From the NCBI GenBank assembly GCA_023265925.1, contig JAHFSD010000002.1, positions 2,569-66,568 on the forward strand: a stretch of DNA of 64,000 bases. Direction: 5' to 3'. The stretch comes from an archaeon (GTDB lineage Archaea; Nanobdellota; Nanobdellia; Woesearchaeales; GW2011-AR9). Made by a program: the position numbers and the translations under genes. The notes under the pieces were generated by a model, which saw only the letters and a list, made by a program, of their open reading frames with translations, had not been told where the DNA came from and did no database searches. Below are positions 19,966-29,860 of the stretch, piece by piece (position 1 is the stretch's first letter; each line of letters starts with the position of its first letter).

Positions 19966-20964
19966 ATGCCTTTAATACCAGTTGGTAAGGGAGACTTCCG
20001 CCTCCTGCCACAATTTGCTGAGGGAGATTTTCCGGGTTATGAGTTGTATCTTCCTGAATTTGATGATAAGGTGTATAACTGTCTGGAAGCTCTTCCGGGC
20101 CATATTAAGATAATTTCTATCCATCAGCCGCCTAGTGTGCGTGTCGATGGCCAACTCCATAGGTCAAACATGGTGAACTTTGGAAGAATTGGTGAAGCAA
20201 CTGTCTTCTCTATGAAAAAAATAGTAGAATTATGCCATCAGCGGGGTATCCCTCAAGTGGTGGTTCATGGCGCTTTTTATGATTGCCGAGAGAGGGAGCA
20301 GCAGGAAGCTTTTTCATTGTTTACCAGCAGGTTGAAAAGTTTATCCCATCCAGAAGTGGAATTGTTGTGTGAAAATGATGCTTTGTGGGGACCGGATCAT
20401 TATTCAATCCACTCGCTATTATGTACCATGGAAAATTTTTTGTTGCTAAATAAGCTGATGGATGGAAAAATCAAGATAACGCTCGACATTGAACATTTTT
20501 TGATCACGCACTATTTTACTCGCTTTCTTGGTTCCATCACCGCCAGGGACACGGACTTTTATGTAGGATCTGAGGAAAGAGGAGAGCTTTTACAAAAGGA
20601 TTTTCTCTCTTTTCATGCTCCTCAGGAAAATGTGCTAAAGCAAACTTTATACAGTTCTCTTGGCCAATTCATCAGTTTCTTTAATGACCAGATTGAGATG
20701 GTGCACTTAAATGGCTCTGATTTTCATAATTTTATGTTTGATGCAGGGAAAAAGCTTCCGCTGATCGGAGAGCATTTGCCTCTGGGCTTTGACCAGGGGG
20801 GAGTTAAGGACAGGATTGATTATGGTTTATTGGTAGTGGCACTCCAGAAGCTGCCTCATCATAAAAATATCCCTCTGGTGCTGGAAGTGTGGAGAAAAGA
20901 TCCAGGGGAATTCATTGCAGAAATGCGGCGGTCAAAACAATTTTTAACAAACTATTTAAGCTAG
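19966..20964 (+). CDS. Xylose-isomerase/AP-endonuclease-like TIM-barrel protein
   Basis: SIHQP, VVVHG, CEND, TLDIEH, VHLNG, EHLP, LVLEV metal-binding pattern. Confidence 0.7.
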   Translation: MPLIPVGKGDFRLLPQFAEGDFPGYELYLPEFDDKVYNCLEALPGHIKIISIHQPPSVRVDGQLHRSNMVNFGRIGEATVFSMKKIVELCHQRGIPQVVVHGAFYDCREREQQEAFSLFTSRLKSLSHPEVELLCENDALWGPDHYSIHSLLCTMENFLLLNKLMDGKIKITLDIEHFLITHYFTRFLGSITARDTDFYVGSEERGELLQKDFLSFHAPQENVLKQTLYSSLGQFISFFNDQIEMVHLNGSDFHNFMFDAGKKLPLIGEHLPLGFDQGGVKDRIDYGLLVVALQKLPHHKNIPLVLEVWRKDPGEFIAEMRRSKQFLTNYLS

Positions 20965-21042
20965 TTTTAACAGGCTGTTTAATTAAAAAACTGTTTAAGC
21001 AAGTCAAATGCTAACAACACATGAAAGAGGAGGTTTGAAAAT

Positions 21043-22062
21043 ATGGTCATCATTGCCGGCAGGGAAATTAAGAATTTTAGTGAACCTTTCATTATAGCTG
21101 AAGTCGGCTCTAACCATAAGGGGGATCTCGCATTAGCCAAGCACTTGATCGATAAAGCAGCGCAATGCGGTGCGGACAGCGTTAAATTCCAGGTGTGGTC
21201 TAAAAAAAGCTTATTCAGCAAGGTGGTCTTCGCCAATAGGCCGGAGCTGGAAGAACAGATTGAACGCTACTCTTTGTCTCTGCCTGATTTCAAAGAACTT
21301 AAAGAATATGGTGATGCCCGGGGAATCATGATCTCAGCTTCAGCATTCTGCAAGGAAGAAGTGGATTTTTTGGTTAGGGAGGTCAATGTAGCCTACCTTA
21401 AAGTAGCTTCGATGGATGTTACTCATCTCCCCTTCCTGGAGTATGTAGCCCAGCAGGGCAAGCCGATAGTCATGTCTACGGGGCTAGCCAGCATTGCTGA
21501 AATTGATGAAGCAGTAACTGTCATTCACCGTTATAACCGTAACTTAATACTGCTTCACTGTACCAGCTTGTATCCTCAACAGGATGAACAATCTCATCTC
21601 AATAATCTCCCATTTTTACAGGAAACCTTTAATGTTCCGGTGGGCTATTCTGACCATAGTTTAGGTATAACTATTCCATTAGGTGCTGTCGTAAAAGGAG
21701 CGTGCTTGTTAGAGAAACATTTTGCTTTAAATAATCAAGATGAGAAGATTTGGGACCAAAATTTCTCCGCCAGTCCAGAAGAATTGAAGAATTTAGTTGT
21801 GGAAAGTAAAAGGTTAGTGAGAGCTTTGGGCAACATTCGGATAACGCTGGATGCAGCCAAACTAAAACAGCGGGAAGTCATGAGGAGAAGCATAGTAACA
21901 TCGCGGCATCTGCCACAAGGACATATTTTAACTATAGAAGATCTCCTTTTCAAGCGCCCGGGAACTGGTCTGGAGCCCAAACAGGTGGCGATTGTGATTG
22001 GAAAACAACTTAAGCGTGATCTTGCACCTGATACTTTGTTAACTTGGGCCGATTTGTTGTAA
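21043..22062 (+). CDS. neuB: Nonulosonic (sialic/legionaminic/pseudaminic) acid synthase with C-terminal SAF domain
   Basis: IAEVGSNHKGD, VKFQ, KVASMD, GYSDHS, LEKHF, KRPGTG. Confidence 0.93.
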   Translation: MVIIAGREIKNFSEPFIIAEVGSNHKGDLALAKHLIDKAAQCGADSVKFQVWSKKSLFSKVVFANRPELEEQIERYSLSLPDFKELKEYGDARGIMISASAFCKEEVDFLVREVNVAYLKVASMDVTHLPFLEYVAQQGKPIVMSTGLASIAEIDEAVTVIHRYNRNLILLHCTSLYPQQDEQSHLNNLPFLQETFNVPVGYSDHSLGITIPLGAVVKGACLLEKHFALNNQDEKIWDQNFSASPEELKNLVVESKRLVRALGNIRITLDAAKLKQREVMRRSIVTSRHLPQGHILTIEDLLFKRPGTGLEPKQVAIVIGKQLKRDLAPDTLLTWADLL

Positions 22063-22111
22063 ATAGAGTGGAGCAGTCAGTCAAATAGACAGTGAAATAG
22101 ACAGAAAGAAC

Positions 22112-22408
22112 ATGACTCCAGAAGCAATCTTATCCGAAGAGCGCGCAGCACAGCTCATTGAAAGGTGCACTGATTATCAGATAGAATCCATCCAGCTCAT
22201 TCCTGAAGGGGGTAGCCATTACAGTTTTAACTTGGTCTGCTCAGGTTACCCCCTTCAGGAACTCGGGATGGACTTCGTGATCTGTGGAGTGAAAAATTCA
22301 AGGAGTTACTCTTTAAAATCATTGTTAGTGGAACCGTAGATTACGTTCGATACGCTGATATTATCAGCGAAAAAACTAAGCAACCCAGGCGGCCATCAAT
22401 ACTTTAAT
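22112..22408 (+). pseudogene. Internally deleted phosphotransferase-like gene remnant
   Basis: N-terminus (IESIQLIPEGGSHYSF) resembles an APH N-lobe but stops early; a second frame is open for ~55 codons to TAA ~22408. Confidence 0.4.
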
Positions 22409-22487
22409 AAAATGTCAATACTTTAATAAACAACGATACTAGAATCTAATCTAATATAATCTAATACAATATAATCTGATTTGAAAT

Positions 22488-23249
22488 ATGATTAACGGAA
22501 AACGAGTTTTGGCGTACATCCCCGCGCGAAGCGGCTCAAAAGGGATTAAAGATAAGAATATCATCGACCTATGCGGCAAACCGCTGATTGCCTATACCAT
22601 TGAGGCAGCAAGGCAGAGTAAATACATCGATCGGCTGATTGTTTCCACTGATTCCGCAGAGTACGCGTCCGTTGCTAGAAAATATGGGGCGGAAGTACCT
22701 TTCCTGCGTCCCGTTGAGTTAGCAACAGACACCTCTCCAGAGATGCATACGACTTTGCATCTTATGGAGTGGTTGGAAAAAGAAGGCTTGGCAGCATTTG
22801 ATATAATTATACGCCTGCAGGGGACGTCTCCCTTGCGCACGGCCAAAGATATTGACGGGGCTTTAACATTGTTTTTCCACAAAAATGCCGATACGATTAT
22901 CGGGGTCTGTGAGGCGAGAACCACCCCACTGGCGATGAATACCCTACCCGCCGATCACTCCATGCATGATTTTATTCCGGAATGGATCAAAAACAAAAAT
23001 AGGCAGGAGTTGCCTACCTATTATCAGCTTAACGGCGCCATTTTTATTGCGAACTGGAAATTTATCAGGGAACAAAAGAGTTGGTTTTCTGGAAAAAGTT
23101 ATGCTTATATCATGCCTCAAGAGCGATCCGTAGATATAGATAATCCGCTAGATTTAGAGTTTGCGAAGTTTTTGCTGGAGAACAAGTTAAAATCCAAAGA
23201 ATTTTCCACCGGTCCACAACAGGTGAGAAAATTGCCTTTGTGCGTCTGA
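22488..23249 (+). CDS. neuA: CMP-nonulosonate synthetase (acylneuraminate cytidylyltransferase)
   Basis: IPARSGSKGIKDKN, VSTD, QGTSPLR, NGAIF, VDID. Confidence 0.93.
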   Translation: MINGKRVLAYIPARSGSKGIKDKNIIDLCGKPLIAYTIEAARQSKYIDRLIVSTDSAEYASVARKYGAEVPFLRPVELATDTSPEMHTTLHLMEWLEKEGLAAFDIIIRLQGTSPLRTAKDIDGALTLFFHKNADTIIGVCEARTTPLAMNTLPADHSMHDFIPEWIKNKNRQELPTYYQLNGAIFIANWKFIREQKSWFSGKSYAYIMPQERSVDIDNPLDLEFAKFLLENKLKSKEFSTGPQQVRKLPLCV

Positions 23250-23292
23250 CCGATAGTGGGCGGTTCCTTTTTGAGGAAAGAATGGGTAAATC

Positions 23293-24303
23293 ATGATTTC
23301 AGAGCAATTGTTGGCACAACTGGAGAAAGAGTACGGATTATTATTGCAAAAAGTAGAGAGTGATATTCCCATCCAATTTCAGGCTAAAAGTTCATTATCT
23401 CTTCTTAAAGATGAGGAAGATTCTTTTTACATTTTGAAAAGAATTCCTCCGGCTTATTTTAAATTGTCTACACCAGGAGATTATTTTCATGGTTTAAGTT
23501 TGTTCATCAGGCAGGTTCATGCTCATGAAATTCCGTTAGTAAATTATCTCTTTACTCAGGAAGGGGCAGTCTCATTGCAGTATCAAGAAGATTATTATGT
23601 TATCTATCCGTACGTTTCGGCAGCAGGCTATAGTGGTGCTTTAGAAGAAGTGAGAAGTACTGCTTCGATCCATGCCCGTATGAATTGTGCTTTGAAAAGT
23701 ATGGATCCTGCTGAGGTGGATTTTATCAGGAGGAAGATTAAGAATAATTTTCTTACTGATGAACCTCTCCCCGTTCTTCTGGAGAGAGTTAAAGAGAAAT
23801 TGTCTTCCAGTCAGAAAAATGAGGTGACAAAAAAGATCAGCGCATTGGTCCCGGTCGTGGAAGAGTGTCTATTCTCATTTGATGAAAAGCTTTATCATTC
23901 TCTCCCGGCGGGAGTAGCGCATAAAGATGTTTGGCCAGCTAATATTCTGTATGACCAGAACGAATTAAAGGTAATTCTCGACCCTGATGAAGCAATGTAT
24001 ATTCCTCGAGTGCGGGATGTGATGTATTCGATATGGTGTTTTTCAACTCTGACGGCAGAGGGAAGAGTAACTTCGCCAGATCTGATTTCAGCAAATGCTT
24101 ATCTAGATGCTTATGTCAGAGCGGGAGAACTTACCACGGCTGAAGTACGATTTCTTCCGGAAGCGGCGATTCGAATTTGGACTGAAGATTTTCTTCATTT
24201 TATGTTGAAGGTTAATCTTTCTCGTAATCATATTCCTGGCTTAGAAGAAAAAATGACCTATCTAACCGATGCTGTTGCTGCCCGTTCTGCCTGGGGGTTT
24301 TGA
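23293..24303 (+). CDS. APH/type II homoserine kinase-like phosphotransferase
   Basis: AHKDVWPANIL (HxDxxxxN), ILDPDEA. Confidence 0.75.
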   Translation: MISEQLLAQLEKEYGLLLQKVESDIPIQFQAKSSLSLLKDEEDSFYILKRIPPAYFKLSTPGDYFHGLSLFIRQVHAHEIPLVNYLFTQEGAVSLQYQEDYYVIYPYVSAAGYSGALEEVRSTASIHARMNCALKSMDPAEVDFIRRKIKNNFLTDEPLPVLLERVKEKLSSSQKNEVTKKISALVPVVEECLFSFDEKLYHSLPAGVAHKDVWPANILYDQNELKVILDPDEAMYIPRVRDVMYSIWCFSTLTAEGRVTSPDLISANAYLDAYVRAGELTTAEVRFLPEAAIRIWTEDFLHFMLKVNLSRNHIPGLEEKMTYLTDAVAARSAWGF

Positions 24304-24981
24304 CTTAGTGTTAAAGTGGTGGAGATCCTTTTTAGGATGGAGGGGTATTCCTTTAGGCTTTGGAGAAGGAGATGCGGTTGCTCTTGTTGGAGTGTAGTCA
24401 TCGTTGAAAATCCGGTAGCAACTGCAACGGTGAAACAGGAATTAGCTTTGCCAGCCCGAATATCGTGGACAGTGTCACCAATGACAATCTTTTTTTTGAT
24501 CGGTGCAATTTTTTCTGCTTTATTGATAGCACTTTCAACGAGTTTTTCTCTGTTCTCACCCCGATCAAAGCTAAAAAAACTAAAATAGGAGTATAATCCG
24601 GCCTTTCGGATCATTTTCTCCCCAATATTTTCTTTGTTCCCAGTTACTAATCCCAGAAGATTTTTTTTCTCTTTTTTGAGGTAATTGAGAAATTCTATAA
24701 CTCCCGGTAAAGGCTCCAGAGGAATCAACGCCATTTTTTGGTCAAGATGGAGATAAAAAAAATTTAATAAAATTATTAATTTTCTCGTCTGAATGAATTC
24801 CCATCTTTCGAAGGACGATTCGTGGACCGTCTAGTCCGGCCATCCCAGAGGTCGGGATTATAATTTTGGATGGAACGGTAATGCGGAATACTTCTTGATA
24901 TGCCGCTTGGTGTGCTTGAATATGCAAATGGTCAATATTTATGAAGACACCATCCAGGTCAAAGAGCCAGAGCGTAGCCAT
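24258..24981 (-). pseudogene. HAD phosphatase split by a +1 frameshift in a T8 run
   Basis: LFDLDG in 24742-24981 and VTGN/IGDTVHD in 24258-24734; T7 in place of T8 (A8 at 24755-24762) joins them in frame. Confidence 0.8.
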
Positions 24982-25091
24982 ACCCGCATTTTATAACGTG
25001 GTTATTAAAATCTTTCGGAACTTCAGGATACTAAAGTATTACGGAACTATGTAATTATTCAGCCATCTGAAGCGTGGTGAGCATCATAACC

Positions 25092-25994
25092 TTAGGACGG
25101 GGGCGCTTCACGTGGCTGAATAATTACGGAACTATTTCTGTTTATCTCCTCATAAATATACCCTTCAATTTGTTGGGAAGAGTTCACTGCCCGGGGATAG
25201 GGCTCATTCAAAAAATAGTTTGGATCTTCTTTCATTTTTTTCCACAACAATTGATGCATATCCTTCTCTTCGATCACCATAACAGTCCCATCCCCCAATG
25301 TAGTCTTTTTAAGCAGGTGCTTATGTTCTTCAAAAAAAGACCTGAATTTCGATTGGTCGATTTGTGGAGTGGGCACAACCTGCCGATTGCGCACATAGAC
25401 ATCGACGGCTGCTGGTTTGCCGTCAACCGTGCCAGTAAAATTCTTGATATGACGATAGGGGACTTTTGCCTGCTCTTCAACATAATGAAATTGGGTAGTA
25501 GCAGGAACTTCTAATCCCAGCAGCATTATCTTTACTGTACTCTTCTGATGAATAAGGTCGAAGAGGCTTCCTACTCCCGAACAGTTCGTCGTGCAGGCTG
25601 ACAAATAGTAATCCTTATCTTTTCCCATCACCGCCACTGAATAAATAGGGTGACTGGACCGGACAATATTATTTCGCTGTCGAAATACTTCAGATAATAA
25701 ACCAACCTCCGATTTACTATGGATTGAATCAAAGAAACCTGTTTTGCAAAAAGACAGGGTGAAAGTGGGAACAATCAATGTTCCTTCCGAACCGATAACT
25801 GATAAGATAGCTTCAATGAAAATATTGGCAAATCCCTCTTTCGTGCATTCCCCCACGGGCCGGCCAAAAGAAAATAGGCAGGAGTGAATGAAAAGAGTAT
25901 CTCCAGAACTGATGCCGATCTCTTTAAAAGAGTTGGTAATATCGGCAAAAGTGATATTTCCATTAGTACTTTGAATAACCGCATTTTCATTCAT
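25092..25994 (-). CDS. AAC(3)-family N-acyltransferase
   Basis: GDTLFIHS, GTLIVPTFT, RSSHPIYS, TQFHYVEE, VPYR. Confidence 0.9.
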   Translation of the reverse strand: MNENAVIQSTNGNITFADITNSFKEIGISSGDTLFIHSCLFSFGRPVGECTKEGFANIFIEAILSVIGSEGTLIVPTFTLSFCKTGFFDSIHSKSEVGLLSEVFRQRNNIVRSSHPIYSVAVMGKDKDYYLSACTTNCSGVGSLFDLIHQKSTVKIMLLGLEVPATTQFHYVEEQAKVPYRHIKNFTGTVDGKPAAVDVYVRNRQVVPTPQIDQSKFRSFFEEHKHLLKKTTLGDGTVMVIEEKDMHQLLWKKMKEDPNYFLNEPYPRAVNSSQQIEGYIYEEINRNSSVIIQPREAPPS

Positions 25995-26223
25995 GTTTCA
26001 TTTTCATAACGAGCTTTGCTAGGGTCTCAATAGATTTAAAGCTCTCTTCGATGATATCTTCCCCTTTTATCTTCATATTGAATGTTTTTTCCAATTCGTC
26101 AACCAAATTAATGATATCAAAAGAATCTAAAAAACCAGTGGCGAAAAAGTCTTCAGTATCCGATACTTGTTCTACCTGCTTTATTCTTCTGATAATTTCC
26201 CTAATCTGCGCTGCCTCATCCAT
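25987..26223 (-). CDS. Acyl/aminoacyl carrier protein (DltC-like)
   Basis: 78 aa, acidic, GFLDSFDII phosphopantetheine site. Confidence 0.9.
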   Translation of the reverse strand: MDEAAQIREIIRRIKQVEQVSDTEDFFATGFLDSFDIINLVDELEKTFNMKIKGEDIIEESFKSIETLAKLVMKMKHE

Positions 26224-26731
26224 GGGTCATTCCTCGGTATTCTGATTGCAGGATATCAAAGCACATCCTATTTTGAAATCCCCCCTCTATGAAATGTGAT
26301 TCCCGCTGTATTCCCGAACGCTTAAAATTGTTTTTTTCAAGGACGCGTAACGAGGCGGCATTTTTTTCAGCTACTATCGCCTGTATGGAATGGAGCTTGA
26401 GGTCAGTGAACGCTTTCTCTAGAAGGAGATTTACCGCGATGGTCATTACGCTTTGTCCAGCATAGGACCGTTCGCCTAAAATATACCATATCATGCCGGT
26501 TTTGTCTAAATTATCAATCAAACTCAACCCCACAAATCCAATGGGCTGATCTAGATCATAAACCATACAAAAGAAATTATCACTTTTTTTCAAGATCCTG
26601 GTGTGAATGATTTGATTATATCTCTCCAAATTATACCGGGAAATCAACCACTTATTATTTTCCGGATTGTGGAACCAGCTAGCTAAAAGTTCGAAATCCG
26701 TATCTCTTACCATTTCAAGTCGAATATTCAT
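26216..26731 (-). CDS. RimJ/PseH-like GNAT acyltransferase
   Basis: PIGFVGL, NAASLRVLEKNNFKRSG. Confidence 0.88.
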   Translation of the reverse strand: MNIRLEMVRDTDFELLASWFHNPENNKWLISRYNLERYNQIIHTRILKKSDNFFCMVYDLDQPIGFVGLSLIDNLDKTGMIWYILGERSYAGQSVMTIAVNLLLEKAFTDLKLHSIQAIVAEKNAASLRVLEKNNFKRSGIQRESHFIEGGFQNRMCFDILQSEYRGMTHG

Positions 26732-26820
26732 CTTTCAAGGAAATCTTATCTTTTTTTTCTGTATTCGTTCTCACTAAAGCATTTCTCGGCAAGGCATTTT
26801 TAAATATTATGGTTTAGGAA

Positions 26821-27351
26821 TCAAGGAACCACTTGGAAATCGTACGCCACCCCTATTCTCAATGCGGGAGTTTTTTTTAAGAAGCAATCATAATATCCCT
26901 TACCAAAGCCAACCCTATCCCCCAAAAGATCGAATCCAATACCGGGAATCAAAGCGAGGTCTATGATGACCGGTTCAATGAGTGGACAGGTTGAAACTGG
27001 TTCCTTGATTCCATAACTTCCTTTTATTAAATCACTGATTCCATTTGTTACTTGGGTAACAACCATTGCTCCTGTTTCAGGGTTCACTTTTGGGAAAGCG
27101 ACCCGCTTACTTTCATGAAGGGCATTCTGGGCAATGGCATGAAGGTCTACTTCTTTATCAAATGGGGCGTAACAGAGAATGGTTTTTGCACTGGCATATT
27201 CCGGTAGAGCGAGAATGCGCTTAGAGATTAATTTACTTTTATGGAGGACTTCTTCATTGCTAAGATGCTGATGCCAAAATCGAAGTTCCCGCCGAAGCTC
27301 TGCTTTATTGTGCGCGTTCATGTTTTCAAAGCTAATTTTTTCATTCATCAT
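26821..27351 (-). CDS. 5-formyltetrahydrofolate cyclo-ligase, C-terminally truncated (possible pseudogene)
   Basis: KEVD, YGIKEP, IPGIGFD, RVGFGKGYYD; ends at AYDFQVVP* without the usual HD..D motif. Confidence 0.75.
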   Translation of the reverse strand: MMNEKISFENMNAHNKAELRRELRFWHQHLSNEEVLHKSKLISKRILALPEYASAKTILCYAPFDKEVDLHAIAQNALHESKRVAFPKVNPETGAMVVTQVTNGISDLIKGSYGIKEPVSTCPLIEPVIIDLALIPGIGFDLLGDRVGFGKGYYDCFLKKTPALRIGVAYDFQVVP

Positions 27352-28277
27352 TCATTCACAATAATTCCTATCTTTATCTTGTATTGTTCAATAAACTGCG
27401 AAAGCGAAATCCATTCTTGTTTTTCATTTCTGAGTTTTTCTAATGAGATTTGAGCATCATTTACCTGAATGATAATCTGTTCTCCATCTGCGTGGATTAC
27501 TTTCCCCCAGTTGTTTTCTGCAGGTATTTTCTCTGCCCTTCTTATCTGATCGATATAGAAATTTCTGTTATTGATGGTTGACGATGGTCGAATGAGCATG
27601 TTTTCCAGAGGATCAAAGTTAAGTCCTCGAATAAAATTATATATCTTCCCGCTCTCCCAGCGGTAAGACACTACTCCGTTATTGGGGGTGTCTTTTTTTT
27701 TATAGATTGTCCGTTCCGCTTTATTTTGCGGTGTGCCGGTTAGGCGCTGGTCTGTCACTATTGGGAGTACTTCCTTAAATGTATCAATACCATACTTGAT
27801 ACATTTCATAATGAGTTGCAGTGCGGTTTCGTGCTCGCCAATGGGAAATCTTCTTTGGGTGATAATATTTCCGCTGTCCACTCCGCAATCTACATAATGC
27901 CAGGTTATCCCATGTTCTGTTTCACCGTTCACAATCGCCCAGCTGCATACGTTTAGCCCGGCGTATTTTGGCAAAGGCCCATTGTGAAAATTGATGACTC
28001 CTAGGGGAGGGATATTTATAATTTCTTCTTTTAGCAACTGAAAGTTGTTTATGCTGAAAATAATGTCTGGTTTCAGTTCTTTTATCTTATTTGCTATTTC
28101 GTTAATGTTCTTCGTTTCTAGGGGGTGCATTGATTCCGGCACTTTGATGAGGGATTTGCCGATTAGGTTGCTTGCCGGTTCAGTTACAAATCCGATAATC
28201 TCCTGGCTGGCCTGGGCAATCTGTGCGCAATCAATGGCTACTTTCCCATTACCTATTATTAAAATTCGTTTTTTCAT
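27348..28277 (-). CDS. Formyltransferase (FMT/ArnA-like sugar or aminoacyl N-formyltransferase)
   Basis: INFHNGPLPKYAG, WAIVNGE, GVDSGNII. Confidence 0.9.
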   Translation of the reverse strand: MKKRILIIGNGKVAIDCAQIAQASQEIIGFVTEPASNLIGKSLIKVPESMHPLETKNINEIANKIKELKPDIIFSINNFQLLKEEIINIPPLGVINFHNGPLPKYAGLNVCSWAIVNGETEHGITWHYVDCGVDSGNIITQRRFPIGEHETALQLIMKCIKYGIDTFKEVLPIVTDQRLTGTPQNKAERTIYKKKDTPNNGVVSYRWESGKIYNFIRGLNFDPLENMLIRPSSTINNRNFYIDQIRRAEKIPAENNWGKVIHADGEQIIIQVNDAQISLEKLRNEKQEWISLSQFIEQYKIKIGIIVNE

Positions 28278-29859
28278 AATCTTCGTTTACTTTCATTCGG
28301 TCTATCTTTCCCGTCGTGGTTCGGGGAAGTTTTTCTACGATTTTAATCTCAGGAATCATATATTTTGGGAGCAGTGTGCTGAGCTCTTCCTGTATTTGCG
28401 CATGGTCCATACTCTTGCTCAGGGCAACGTAGGCAACGAGTTTTCCCGCTTCATGGATTTTTGAGAAAATGACGATGGCCTCTCGTACTGTTGGAAGGGA
28501 CTGCAAGGCTGCTTCAATCTCACCAAGTTCGATCCGATGGCCCATATATTTTATCTGATGGTCTTTTCTCCCCTTAAATAAGTAATTTCCATCTTCCTGA
28601 AGCTGCACCAGATCGCCACTCCAATAGACTTTATCATTCAGATTTGAAAACAAAGGATTCTTAACAAAATGCTCTTCCGTTTTTTGTTGATTATTCCAGT
28701 AGCCTGGACTGACACTCAATCCCCTCACATACAGCTCCCCTAGTTCCCCTACCCCGGCGATAGTCCCGTCCTCTTTTAAAGCAAAAACTTCCAGATGATC
28801 ACAAGCTTTTCCAATGGGAATATTCAAACTCAAATCGGTGGGGACTTTATCAATAATATAATAAGTACATTCCACCGTTGTTTCCGTAGGCCCAAACATA
28901 TTCACAAAAGTCTTTTGAGGAAAGAGGTTCATCCATTGCGCTAGAAACGGAGTAGGAAAAACCTCTCCGGTCGGAATAATGAGCCTTAATTGTGGTATCC
29001 TGGTGGGATTCAGGATATCCACTTTGGCGATGTACGTTAGGATACTGGGAACAGACATCCACACAGAAATCTCTTTCTGCTCCATAAATTGAACCAATCT
29101 TTCCGGAAAGGAATTCAATTCTGGCGGCACGAGAACCAATCGGGCCCCAGATTTAAATGTGGAGTACATATCAAAAGTGGAAAGGTCAAAGTGCATGGGG
29201 GCATGATTGGAAAGTATATCCTCCCTGGCGATGTGGAATTTAGGGACCACCCATTCAATAAAACTGATCACATTAGCATGGGTGATCATTACTCCTTTTG
29301 GTTTTCCCGTTGACCCGGAGGTATAGATTATGTATGCGAGATCGGATCCTTTATTTTCAAAGGGACGGGGTGTTTCTGGCTGTTGTAGCACTGCTTCTTC
29401 GGTGTATAGTTCCCCTTGGTGCTCTTTTTGGTATCTTTTCGTGTTAAAGTCCTGGGGCGAAAGAACAATTAGTTTAGGGAGGGGAGAATCGCCGTTTCTT
29501 CTCTGGAGTATGGAAAGAGTATGATCTAGAGTAGCAGTGTCACAGAGTACGACTGCTGGTGAGCAGTCTTCTACTATTTGTTGCAGTCTTTCAGGGGGGG
29601 AATGGGGATCTAGGGGAACGTAGCAACAATCAGCTTTCAATATCCCCAGGACAGATTTTATGGAATGGAGGGATTTATGGAGACAGAAAGCGATTCGACT
29701 GTTTTGCTGTATTCCAATATGAATAAGAAAGTGGGCAAGCTTATTACTGTAAGCATGCAATTCTGTATAGGTAATATTTTCCTCTTTGAAATTGACCGCA
29801 ACCTGGTTAGGGAATAGTTGTGCTGACTTCATAAAATATTCTTGAATTAAACGTACCAT
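28249..29859 (-). CDS. Stand-alone amino-acid adenylation enzyme (DltA/NRPS A-domain-like)
   Basis: YIIYTSGSTGKPKG, FDLS, FGPTE, YWSGD, GRKDHQIK, RIELGEIE, LPRTTTGKIDR. Confidence 0.93.
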   Translation of the reverse strand: MVRLIQEYFMKSAQLFPNQVAVNFKEENITYTELHAYSNKLAHFLIHIGIQQNSRIAFCLHKSLHSIKSVLGILKADCCYVPLDPHSPPERLQQIVEDCSPAVVLCDTATLDHTLSILQRRNGDSPLPKLIVLSPQDFNTKRYQKEHQGELYTEEAVLQQPETPRPFENKGSDLAYIIYTSGSTGKPKGVMITHANVISFIEWVVPKFHIAREDILSNHAPMHFDLSTFDMYSTFKSGARLVLVPPELNSFPERLVQFMEQKEISVWMSVPSILTYIAKVDILNPTRIPQLRLIIPTGEVFPTPFLAQWMNLFPQKTFVNMFGPTETTVECTYYIIDKVPTDLSLNIPIGKACDHLEVFALKEDGTIAGVGELGELYVRGLSVSPGYWNNQQKTEEHFVKNPLFSNLNDKVYWSGDLVQLQEDGNYLFKGRKDHQIKYMGHRIELGEIEAALQSLPTVREAIVIFSKIHEAGKLVAYVALSKSMDHAQIQEELSTLLPKYMIPEIKIVEKLPRTTTGKIDRMKVNEDYEKTNFNNR

Positions 29860-29860
29860 C

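Noticed and set aside
25092..25994. AAC(3) and APH genes as aminoglycoside resistance
   Set aside because: They overlap ACP and sugar-biosynthesis genes, so a biosynthetic role fits better.
26821..26823. TGA recoding or an alternative genetic code
   Set aside because: A TAA follows six codons later, and many conserved genes (rpl3, rps17, sui1) end normally in TGA.
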